64,000 nt of DNA, from assembly GCF_009914755.1 (NCBI RefSeq), contig NC_060927.1; one strand, written 5' to 3'. The DNA is from the human T2T-CHM13v2.0 reference genome, Homo sapiens. How positions within the stretch are numbered: position 1 is the stretch's first letter; the number at the start of each line of letters is the position of its first letter. The position numbers were made by a program, and so were the translations under genes. This document shows positions 45,552 to 64,000 of the stretch, piece after piece. Under the pieces are notes generated by a model. It saw only the letters and a list, made by a program, of their open reading frames with translations, had not been told where the DNA came from and ran no database searches.

Positions 45552-47892
45552 TGTTAATGAGTGTATTTTCATTGATGAACTTCTTAAACGTTAATCAGCC
45601 TCAATTTTCTAATATGAACTCAACTTGGTTGTGGTGCTATACTTTTTATATATTGATAGGTTTAGTCTGTAAACTTTTCTGTTAGCATTTTTCCACCAAT
45701 GTTCATAAGAGAGACTGATTTATAATGTCAATCTCATTATATGTCAATCTTTCTGTAATGTCACTGTTAGGAATTGCTATCAGAATTTTTCTGACCTTAT
45801 GAGTTGAAAAGTGCTCCTTGTTTTTCAGAGTGGGTATAAGACTGATATTTTCTCCGTAAATGTTTGAAAAAAATTACTAGCAAAGCCAGTTGGGTCTCAA
45901 GTTTTTTGTTTGGTTTTATTCAGTGTGAATTTGATTACTTTAATAAATATTATTCTATTCAAATGATCTATTTCCTGTATCACTTTGATAGTTTTTCTCA
46001 AAACTTTTCTCAATAGATATGAGGTCTAAAATTTACTAAAATAAAATTGTTTATCAAATACTCTTATTTTCTTTTTAATGTCCATAGTATCTGTAATAAT
46101 GTCTCTCTTACATTCATTATATTGGTAATTTTTCACTTCTCACTACCTTTTTTATGGTCAAAGCAGAATCTGGTCATTTTTAATAATGTTTCCAAATAAC
46201 CACCTTTTGATTGTTGATAATGTCATGTCTATTATATCTTTATTTTCTACCTCATTAGTTTTATTAACTTTCTTATATTCATTGTTTTCTTCCTTTTACT
46301 TTCTTTGGATCTAATTTGCTGCCCTTTATCTAATTATTTGGAGTGGATACCTTAGATCATTAATTTTCAGCCTTTCTTAATTTCTAATACATCTAAACAA
46401 GGCTTTAAATTTTCCTCTAAGCAAGACTTTAAGCTCATATTTTAAAAGGTTTGATGTAATATGTTTTCTTTTTCATTGAGCTTAAAATATTTTCTAATTT
46501 TCACTATTTTTTGACTCATTGATTCTTTAAACGTGTATTTTTAAATTTTCTGTCACTTGAGAATATCTAGTTAGCTTTTAATAATTCTTTTCTATCTTAT
46601 TTCTACCCTGAGCAAAATAACCTGCCAGATTTCAATCTTCTCCCATCTCGAGACTTGCTTTACCCTTCCGCATACGATCAAGTTTGCTAAATGTTTCCTG
46701 TGTGCTTGAATGTGGATGTTACATTTGCTGGCTACAGTGGTGTGTACATGTCAGTTGGATCAATTAATAAGTCAACTTTTTTATTTTTACTTTTTATTTG
46801 TTTGCTCTAATAGTTACTTAGAGGGTTACATTGTTTGTCATCATGATTGTGAAATTTATTTCTCCTTTAAAATTTGTTAACTTTTCCTTTACATATTTTG
46901 AGGCTTTATTTTAGATTATACACATTTAGTATTAACATTTTTCTGGTAAATTGGTTCTTATTTATTCATTTTTTGCCAGCCTTATTTAGGCTATAATTTA
47001 CATATCACACAATTCATCCTTTTAAAATGTAAACTAAAATGGATTTTAGTATATTTACATAATTGCAAAATGTTACTACAATCAATTTTAAAATATTTTA
47101 AACCCACTGACATTTGTGGTAACTCTTTGTTCTGCTACCCTAACCTCCAGCATAAGCAACTACTATTCTAATATTTTCTGCATAGATTCGGACATTTTAT
47201 ATAAATGGAATCATACAATATGTGATTTTTTTTTTTACCAGGTTTTTAAACTTAGTATATATTTCAAGATTCATTTATGTTGGGACATATAGTAGTATTT
47301 TCTTCCTTTTTTATTACCAAACAGCCATTCATCTTATGGATATTCATTTTTATATACATCCTTCAATTAGTAGACATTTTACTTAATTCTACTTTTATGC
47401 TATATGAATAATACTGCTATAAACATTTGTGTACAAGTTTTATGTGGGTATATGTTTTTGTCTGGGTATATTACTAGGAGTGAAATTGCTGGGTATTATA
47501 ATAACTCCATGTTTAACACTCTAGGAAACTGCCAAACTGTTTGTGCTTATTTGCCATTTGTATATTCTTTGGATAAATGTCTAATCAGAGCCTTTGCTCA
47601 TTTTTAATTGGGTTATTTCCCTTTTTATTATTGGTTTGTGTGGATTCTTTATAAATACAAGATACATATATATATTGGATATATATGATTTGCAAATAAT
47701 TTCCCTTATTCTGTGGGTTGTCTTCTCAGATGCTTCATAATGTCCTTTAAAGTGCAAAGTGCTTTTAATTTTCATGAAGTTGAATTCATATGCATTTTTT
47801 GGTGTGTGCACTTGGTGTCATATCTAAGAAGGCTTTGCCATGAAGGTATATCATAAAGATATGTTCCTATGTTTTCTTCTATGAGATCTTTC

Positions 47893-47955
47893 GTTTAGCT
47901 CTTACATTTAGGTACATAATTTTAGTTTAGCTCTTACATTTAGGTCTATAATTTA
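47893..47955 (+). repeat. 32-bp tandem duplication within L1
   Basis: GTTTAGCTCTTACATTTAGGT at 47893 and 47925. Confidence 0.95.
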
Positions 47956-49877
47956 TTTGAAGTTAATTTTTGTGTACAGTATAAGGAAGGCATCCAATTT
48001 CATTCTTTACATATGGGTATCCAGTTATCCCAGTACTTATTGAAAAAACTTTTTCTTGCAATTAAATTATGTTGAAACTTTGTCAAAAAATTAGTTGACA
48101 GCAAATGTCAGGATTTACTTTTGTACTTTCCATTCTTTTACATTGATCTATATGTCTATCCAAATGCTAATACCACATTGTCTTGGTTTTTGTAGCTTTG
48201 AAGTAGGTTCTACAATCGGGAACTGTAAATCCTCCAATTTTGTTCTTTTTTTATAAAGCTTGTTTTGGCTATCCTGGTTCTCTTGCACTCTATATGAATT
48301 TTAGAATCAACTTATCAATTTCTGAAAAAAAAGTCAGCTATCTGTAATTTTGATAAGTATTGCATTAATTGTGTAGATAAATTTGTGGAGTATTACCACC
48401 TTAAAATAATAAATCTTCCAACCCATGAACATAGGTTGTAATATTTAAGTCTTCTCAAATTTCTTTCATCAATGTTTTGCAGTTTTCAGAGTACAAGTTT
48501 TGCACTTCTTTTGTTAATTTCATTTCTAAGTATTTATAGCTTTTGAAGCTGTCATAAATGGAATTATATCCTTAATTTCTTTTTCAGATTGTTAATTGCT
48601 AGTGTATAGAAATACAATTGGTTTTGCACATTTGTCTTACATCTTGAACATTACTGTGCTCATTTATTAATTCTAATTGTTTCCTTACAAGATCCTGTCT
48701 TCTAACAATAGGGTTCAATATTATTACCCAGTCACACCTGGGGTAGAGCTTCTGCCCTGTGAATGGGGGTGGATGGAAGAAGGGAGCCCCAGACTTTTCA
48801 GCTGCTCTTGCTTGGAATAGAGCTTCTGCAACACAGATCTGGGGGTGGTAATGAGAAATGCTGTCAGCCTGTCCTTTCTGAGAAGATACCACGGCCCTTG
48901 ACTGGGAGCTGGGAGGAATGCAAGCTCTGTGTTCTTGGCTGCAACTCCTCTTGGCTGGAGTAGAGCTTCTGTCATGCTCAGCTGGAGAGCAGGGGAAGGG
49001 AGCACGTCTTTAGTTCAAATGCCACCTATTTTTACTGTTCTTAATAAGATTTAGAAGATTTTCTTAAATATATATGTCTCCATTTGCTGGATGCCCTTAG
49101 ACATTTTCCAAAAATTATAGATTTGTGTCATTGTTTTTCCTTTGTTAAAACTTACTAATTTTCACCAGTTACAGTTGTTTCACTGGGCAAAGGATCCTCT
49201 GAGCTCCTCATGACATCATTCAAGATGTGACTCTTGTCACTTCTTTTATTACTATAAAATTCCCTCATTATTTCCTGAATCCTAGTTTATTAGATAATAA
49301 TATAACTACATCAGCTTTTTAAAAATGAGTAGTATTTGCATAATGATCTCTACTCTTTATTTTCAGCCTGCCTCTTTTCTCATATTTAAGGTACATTCAT
49401 TATAAACAGCATATAACTGGGTTTTGATTTTGAATCAGTTCACAGTCTTTGTTTTCAAATTGGAGTATTTTTTTCTAGTAGTTTCAACATATTTGGGCTC
49501 AAATCTACCATAGTACTTTGTAATATTTTGTTTAATCTGCTTTCTGTTCTTTATGTCTTCTTTCTTGCCTTCCACCAAAATAATCAAATAAATTGTATTA
49601 TTTAATTTCCCTCCTTCAATAATATGTTTAGTATAATTTTCTCTATCAACTTTCTGGTGGTATTAGAAATTACCATATGTATCTTTGACTTATCAGAGTC
49701 TATATAAATTAGTACTATTTTCCTTTTCTAGACAGTGCAAAACCTTGTATCACTTTAATTGTCATTTATTCTCCTCCAACCTTTTGTACTATTGTTTTCT
49801 TGTAATTTAATCCTACATTTATTTTAAACACCACAAGGCAGCATTATTACTGCTTAATATATAGTCAATAGACATTT

Positions 49878-50150
49878 TCCCAGTGCTTTGGGAGGCCACA
49901 GTGGGAGGGTTGCTTGAGGACAGGAGTTCAAGATTAGCCAGGGCAACATAGCCAGGCCCCATCTCTACAAAAAAAATATGAAATAAAAAAATTAGCCATG
50001 TGTACTGGTGGGCACCTATAGTCCCAGCTGCTCAGGAGGCTGAGGCAGGAGGATTGCTTGAGCTCACTAATTTGAGGATTGGTGAGCTATCACTGTGCCA
50101 TTGCACTTGAGCCTGAGCAATAGAGCAAGAATTTGTCTCTTAAAAAAAAA
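49878..50150 (+). mobile_element. AluJ, slightly 5'-truncated
   Basis: GGGAGGGTTGCTTGAGG and GGAGGATTGCTTGAGC J-type motifs; TSD approximately AATA(G/A)AC(A/G)TTT. Confidence 0.92.
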
Positions 50151-50739
50151 TAAACGTTTAAAATTTTCAAAATATTCACCCTTTTCAATGTCTGCCCTTC
50201 TATCTGGGGTTATGTTATTCTTCTTGACAGACTTTTCTGTTAAGTTTTTTGCTGTAAGCTAAGCCTGCTACTGAATCAGTCTTCTAGACTTTTTTTTTTT
50301 TACCTAAAAATGTCTTTATTTTATCTTAATTTTTAAAGGGTATTTTCATTTTATATGGAATTCTAGGTTGATAGAGTTTTTGTTTTATCTCAAGACACCA
50401 TTCTGTTATTTTATGCTTCCATCATTTTGGTTAGAAAGACAGATATCAAAGTTATTCTTGTTTCTTTTTAGGTAGCATGCCTTTGTTTTCTGTCTGCTTC
50501 TAAGAAACTATTTTTGCCTTTGTACTTAGCAGTTTTACAATAATGTGCCTATGTATGTCTTATTTTTCATTGATCATCTTGAAGTCACAGCAATTTTTAA
50601 ATCTGTGTCTTGGTGGTGGTTTACATCATTGTTTTGCCAATATACCTTCAAATACTGCTTCTGTCCCATTTTATCCCTTCTCTTCTTCAGGAACTCAAAT
50701 TAAACATGTTAGGCATTTTTAATCCTTGACCAAATTTCC

Positions 50740-57689
<6,950 letters not shown>

Positions 57690-57690
<1 letters not shown>

Positions 57691-58890
57691 TTCTGTGCTT
57701 TTTAATTTTTTCTTACTTTCCATGTATATTAGTCTGGATATTTCTTACTTTTCTTTCCAGTTCACTAATAATTTCTTCTCCTGTGTCTAATTTGATCTTA
57801 AGCCCACCTAAGTTCTAAATTTCAGGTATTAAAATTTTCAATTCTAGAATTACATGTTAATTCATTTTCATAGATTTCTGTTCTCTGATGAGCTTTTCCA
57901 TTTTTGTCACATAATTTCTTAAACATAAATATTGTATTTATTTTAAATTCCACGCCTAATCATTTTGATACATGGGTTACCTACGGGTCACTCTCTTGAC
58001 TGTTTTTTAATTTTTCGCTCTGTCTTAGCTTACATGTATTTTGTCCTGTCTCCTGACGTATCTGGTAACTTTGAATGAATGCTGGGCATTGTGACTAAAA
58101 TATTGCAGAGGCTCTGTGAGATGCTGTTTTCCTCAGAGAAAATTTGATTTTCTTCTGGCAGGCAAGTAGATTAGAGGCAGATCACCTTGATTTAAACAGG
58201 AGTTGAGATGATTCAAGCCTGAGTTTCTGTCTTTGTGAGATCTAGTCTATTTGTAGGTTTTGCTTTACACCCAGGATAAAGCTTCCCAGGCATCTCAGAT
58301 AGGATCCTAACATGCTTACTAGGAACCCTGCTTTGAAGTGCCGTGAAATTCAAATTCTGTCTTACCAGCATCGTGAGTCTGCTAAAAAGCTGGGCTTTAT
58401 ATTTTAGCTTCAAGCTGCTGCTCTCTGCTTTTCTTGCTTGCTTTCACTTTATGCAATTTACGATTTTGCAAATGCTTTCAGGGTAAAGCGCACACAGAAT
58501 TTTAGATTCACGTTTCCGTAGTTCTGTTTCCTGTGGGACATTAAACCCTCAAGTTCTGGCTCACTTAATAACCTTGATCTCCAATTTTTGTCTTCTCAGG
58601 CAAGTGAGACTGCCGAAGTCTTGAGCTGTCTGTCACCTTTCTGCCTGGTTTCTCAGCCCTACACCTGTTACAAATTAGTAAATGCCTCAAGGAGAAAACT
58701 GACTAGGACTATTGGCATTATCATGATGCAGTTTTCTTCAAAATCATGGTTGCTCTTCAGAGCCTTCAAACAGCTGTTTTTGTTTTGGGTTTTTTTGTTT
58801 GGTTGGTTTTATGCTGCATTTATAGATGTCTAGGCACAATGATGGGCCTGCATAAGCTACTCTACCATTGCAAAAATGCAAAATCACATT
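57690..58890 (-). mobile_element. Ancient L1M ORF1/5' region, continuing from 50740
   Basis: TCCAGTTCACTAAT...TTTTCAATTCTAGAAT motifs. Confidence 0.6.
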
Positions 58891-59004
58891 TCATAATGCA
58901 ATTTGCTGTTGGCAAATTCGATGTGAATCTCAGGTCATCATTATTGCCAATCCTGTAATTTTAAATCTATCCCCAAGAAATTGAATCTGATTTGATGTAA
59001 TCTA

Positions 59005-59165
59005 TCTCCACAAGAATTTATAGCTGGAAAGGACTTCAGAATATGTCCCTTTCTAATCCCCCTCACTTTGCAAGTGACACAGCAATTTAGCGACGAAGCT
59101 GAGATTAGAACTCTGGCCCCCAGACACCCAGTCTAGTATGTTTTCTTACACAATGGTGCCTCATG
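59005..59165 (-). mobile_element. MIR fragment
   Basis: AGCTGGAAAGGAC...GCTGAGATTAGAACTC. Confidence 0.65.
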
Positions 59166-62098
59166 AATAATGCCAAAAGTGTATCCTCAAAGTTTTGTAC
59201 CTACATCCTTGAAGAACTTCTTGGGCAGGCTTAAGCATTTCTTAGTTGCAATGGCTTGATAATAAAGTTACTCTTAAAGTTATACAAGGAATTTCTTCAA
59301 CTATACCAAAAAATTTTAGTCAGACCGTTCTCTCAGCAAAAAAAGAAAAAGAAAAAAAAAAACTGTCATCCTTTCATCTTTCATCTTTTATCCCTTAAAA
59401 AAAACAATGTGTCCCAGATAAACGAATGACAACTCTTGCAGACACAAACATACTAGACAGCCAGGGGTAGGGATAATGGTTCTAGAACTGGAAAAATTTC
59501 CACATCTATTGGTGGAAACTTTGGGAATGAAACCAGAGAAGCCTATTAATCTAAAATGAGCTGCAGCACCTCAGCCCAGTTTCAGCCAAACAACTCCCCT
59601 GCTGGTGCTTGCTGCTGGCACTAACTGCAGTTAAAGAAAGTTCATGTTTCTCAGGAGGCCCTAGTATAGGAAAGGCATCTTTAATTTAAGAAAGCAGGAT
59701 AAATCTCTCTCTCTCTCTTTCCCCCTAACAAGTGCTTTCACAGGCCTAGTGGTGGGAGTGGAATTCCGTAGGTGGTGTCTATGTATTGCTTCAGTCCCTA
59801 GAGAGTCAGCATATTAAGTAACTGCTTGCCCTAAAATCAACCGGAGACCAGCATTTGGGAGCCTTTCGACAAAACCTTGGTTGAGTGAATTTCAGCACGC
59901 CTGTCATGTGACCAGGCCACTCTATGGTGTGAATGAAATATCCAGCTTGAAGACTTTTCAAGAGCCAGCTATAAAAACACACAGAATTCTGCCCAGCTGC
60001 CCCTGTGAAACTTAATTCCCCAGTGCTTATTCTTCCTTAAATTAAGTTCCCTCCTTTGAGAGCTATGAGCTATTTGCTTACCCAGCAGAAGAATCATTTT
60101 TTTACCATAAAAGGGTAGCTCCCAATATTTCCTACCCTTGGCATTGGGGACCATTCTGTTTAATGTACATTAACACCATTGCCCCACAGAAAGAAAACGA
60201 AATGTTTTATGTTGAGGTCCTAGGCATTCTGAACATGGCATCTCATTCGCAGAGCTTATTTAATATCATCGGTAATAATTACAATTCAGAAATTTATTAA
60301 ACAATCAGCCAAGACCACTGAAAGCACTATGGTTTCACATATTCTTTACTCCTGGTGTCTGCTAAAGGAAGCCCCCAAATTGTTGCCATGTAACTGGGAA
60401 AAACGTATAAATTATTTTCTTCCACCACAGATTACTTCTTAGGAGGTAGTAGATACAAGGATTTTCTGAAAATTTTCTGTATTTTAACTGGGATTTGGGT
60501 CAAATGAATGCTTACGTTTGTCAAATCATATCAAATTATACACTTATGATCTGTACATTTTACTGTATATGAGTTGTACTTCAAATTAGAATGAGGGTGG
60601 GGAGGGATGGAAAGAAGTTTCCCATGTTCTGGCATGAACAATCATTTACCTACAAAAAGAATCAGAACTCTCTTCAGAAGGATCGGGTGGGAGAGGCTGT
60701 CTCAAGAACTGCCAGCCACTTAGCCTGTTAATGAATAGCCCTCAGCAGGTTTGACTTTCTGTTCCTCATCTGATCCCCTTACGCATCTCTGGCTTTTATT
60801 ATATGCCACCTCACATCCTTTTTGATAATGGGAAGAATTTAAGTTATCAATAAATTCAATTTTTATGCCATTCCAACCAAATCTTCCTCTATGTGGTAAT
60901 GATCTCATGGTCATTGGGATCATTGACCTTACAGGTGGTGATCATTTTCTGAAGTGTAGGTCTGTTTATTGGAACTATAAAGAGTTTGGGACCACCAACT
61001 ATGGCCTCTTTTGCAAGAGAAGAGTTCTGTTTTCAGAATCAACTTCCTATTTATTTTTCCCCAGGAATCTCCTTGTGGTTACTTTTCTTCAGAATTCTAA
61101 TTGTTACCACAAAGTGAACAATTAAGGAAAAAATGCAAAAGAGATCGAGACATAATTTTAGAGTAAAGCAATACTGCTATCTTTTAGAGTTGGAAGATAT
61201 TTTAAAACAACTACTATCTCAGTACATTTTAAAGGGAAATAGTTTTTCTGTGATTTCCTACAGTGACTTTAGAATAATAATAATGTCAAAGTACTAAAAA
61301 ATTGCTTTGGGGTAATTAATAACCATGTCAAAATCTGCTTTTCTTGTTTCTATGTATAGACGGGTTGTACCTCATAAAAAATAATTTATATGGCCCTCCT
61401 TTCCAATGAGACTACTGTTCAAGTTGTTCCCTTTCAGAACAAAAGAGACAACTAAGAAAAAATCAGTTTTACCAGCAAAATGCCTTGGGATTCTTTCTGT
61501 GGTTCATCTTGCCCTCTGATGTTTCTAGGATATATTTTCATTCTAAGAATAGAAATTCAGATATTTTGCAGCATAGAATCTAGAGGCAAAAAGGCACAAT
61601 TGGCACACTGTAACTTTTTACATTTTCTTATGTATTATTATTTTAAAATCCAATACAAAAAGTGATGGTGGTAGGTGGAAAGACCATTGAACTCAGAGTG
61701 AAAAAAAAAAAAGCCTCTGTGTTTTGCAATATGCTAGCTGAGTGACCTTATCTAAGGTGAGGAATTGAAAATCTATGGTGATGGTGGGAGCAAATGGTAG
61801 ACAGAATTTGAGATTACTTAGGAATTAAGTGAGCTGGGTTCAAGTCACAGTCCTGCTACTAGATGAGAATGTTACATCAAAGAGGTATTATTTTTTGTTT
61901 TTGTTTTTTCTTTTCTCTGGAGTCTTCGTTTCCTCTGTGGTTAAATTAAGGGATCATTCTGGGTAATCTCCAGGGCTCCATCCAGCCCCATAATTCTGTA
62001 CAGAGTTCCATTCATGGGTAGTCTTGCTCAATATTTATTTGTAGAATATAAACAATTTTAAATCACACAAGAAAATCTCGACATAAAGAAGTAAACTT

Positions 62099-62430
<332 letters not shown>

Positions 62431-63697
62431 CTACAACAGAATGACTTTTTAAATTTCCAAAGTAATGGCCATTTATCGGCCAAGAAGTGAAATTAATAAA
62501 AAAGTAAATGGTTTGGCACATCCTCTCCTTTCCTGGTACTCAACCTCTTTTAACTGCAGTGAAGTCTCATTTGCTTAGGGAGTAGGAGATCAGCCTTACG
62601 GTTCCCAACTGCCTATTGGGTCAAGGCCATTTAAAAGGCAGATGGCAGCCAAGGCAAACAATTCAATACTCCTCAAGCATACTTTTCATTTGAAGTATTA
62701 GCCAGATTTCTTGTTTTCTTTCCAATGGACTTTCACATAATCTGATTCTGATTACTAATTGATGAGAGACTATTGAGGTTTGGCCTTTGTTTCTCAGCCT
62801 TGCTCCTGACTGTCCAATCTACTGTTGTAAAGCATGCCATTTCACATTCTTGAAATTTTATTCTCTTCTATCTGTAAAATGAGTGGCAGTTCTCTAGTCC
62901 CCAGGAATGATTCATTCATCCTGGTGTGTTGACTCTCACATCATTATTTACTATCTATACAAATAAAAGGATTCAAAGAGAAATTACGTATTGCACAAAT
63001 AATAAACTTGAAAAATTAATAAACAAAAACATGTAGCTGAGAACATCTGTTTACATTTCTCTTTGGGGCCTTAATAAAGAAGCAAGAAAATAAATAAGAA
63101 TTATAAATTATTTCCGTCATAACTTCAACAGTAGGTGGCAATAAAAAAAACCTATATTTTCTAAAACTTGTGTATCCTATAGTATTTGTTGAATCTCCAC
63201 CTCTTGGTCCTGGAATCATAGAGTCCTTTTTCCCTTATGTGAAATTAACATTGTTGAATCCAAATACACTGTGTGGGCAGGGGTCTTGTTCCTGTACCTT
63301 GCAAAGTTACTGAGGCCAAGCTCTGTGTTTGGACAAAACTAACAATACTTTCTAGAATTTTAAAACCCCTGACTACTTACGGTTGTGTTCTAAACATAGC
63401 ATTCACACCAACCTGCTGTGGAAAGCACACAAAGTTCTTGGCAAAGCTGGATTTGCAGGAGTTGGAACAGCAGTGTGGTTTATCAGCAGGTTGAAAGAAA
63501 GAGACTTGACGATTGTGCTCTGCTTCTCACTCCTTCCCCAGGAATGTCTTTGTTATGACCCTGTGGGTTATGGCAAATGTAATTTCTGTCACCAGAGAAA
63601 AGGAAAGCAAGGAAAGGTGCCAGGAAAGAGAGACGGACATTTTTTAAAAATACCTATTATGAACCAGGCTCTGTGCTAGATAATGGAGACACAAAGG

Positions 63698-63755
63698 TGA
63701 ATTATGGACACGTTTGCAACTTTGAATTGAATTATGGACAGGTTTGCAACTTTGA
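63698..63755 (+). repeat. 30-bp tandem duplication in an L2 remnant
   Basis: TGAATTATGGACA(C/G)GTTTGCAACTTTGA at 63698 and 63728. Confidence 0.95.
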
Positions 63756-64000
63756 CTCTGATGGAGGAGGCATATGTGTTCATAACAATTACAAGAGGGT
63801 GTGATACGTTTTATTAGAGCTGGAAGGTGACTTCGTTTTGTTCTCCCAATCATATTGAAGGGAAAACCCCATAGCACAGCCGTTAAAACCATGAGCTGCA
63901 AGCTCAAATTGACATGAAGCTTTAATACCAGCTCTGTCACTGGCTACATGTGTGCCTTTTCATAATTACTACTATTATCAAATCCCTCTTGAGTTTCAGT

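Overview
Primate (human-like) non-coding genomic DNA: AT-rich, CpG-depleted and mostly made of interspersed repeats. It contains a nested old L1MA-type element (1-7972), a 5'-truncated L1PA (8150-11376), a young twin-primed L1PA2/3-like insertion with a probable short 3' transduction (33777-36695), an old twin-primed L1MA/MB (41289-42865) and a 5-kb L1PA4/5-like element (51057-56097). There are also six Alus plus a FAM monomer, three THE1 LTRs, MST/MLT1/LTR16/Gypsy-like LTRs, MER2, MER102, L2 and MIR. I recognise no host protein-coding gene, RNA gene or CpG island. All long ORFs are L1 ORF1/ORF2 remnants or repeat artefacts. I did not find a convincing new biological system. The best leads concern retrotransposition mechanics and genome rearrangement: the same THE1 LTR site hit twice by independent Alus, two twin-priming inversions, short 3' transductions, a deletion-fused ERV chimera and template-switch hairpins, plus a few weak candidate exons. 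Subfamily calls come from remembered consensus features, not from an alignment.
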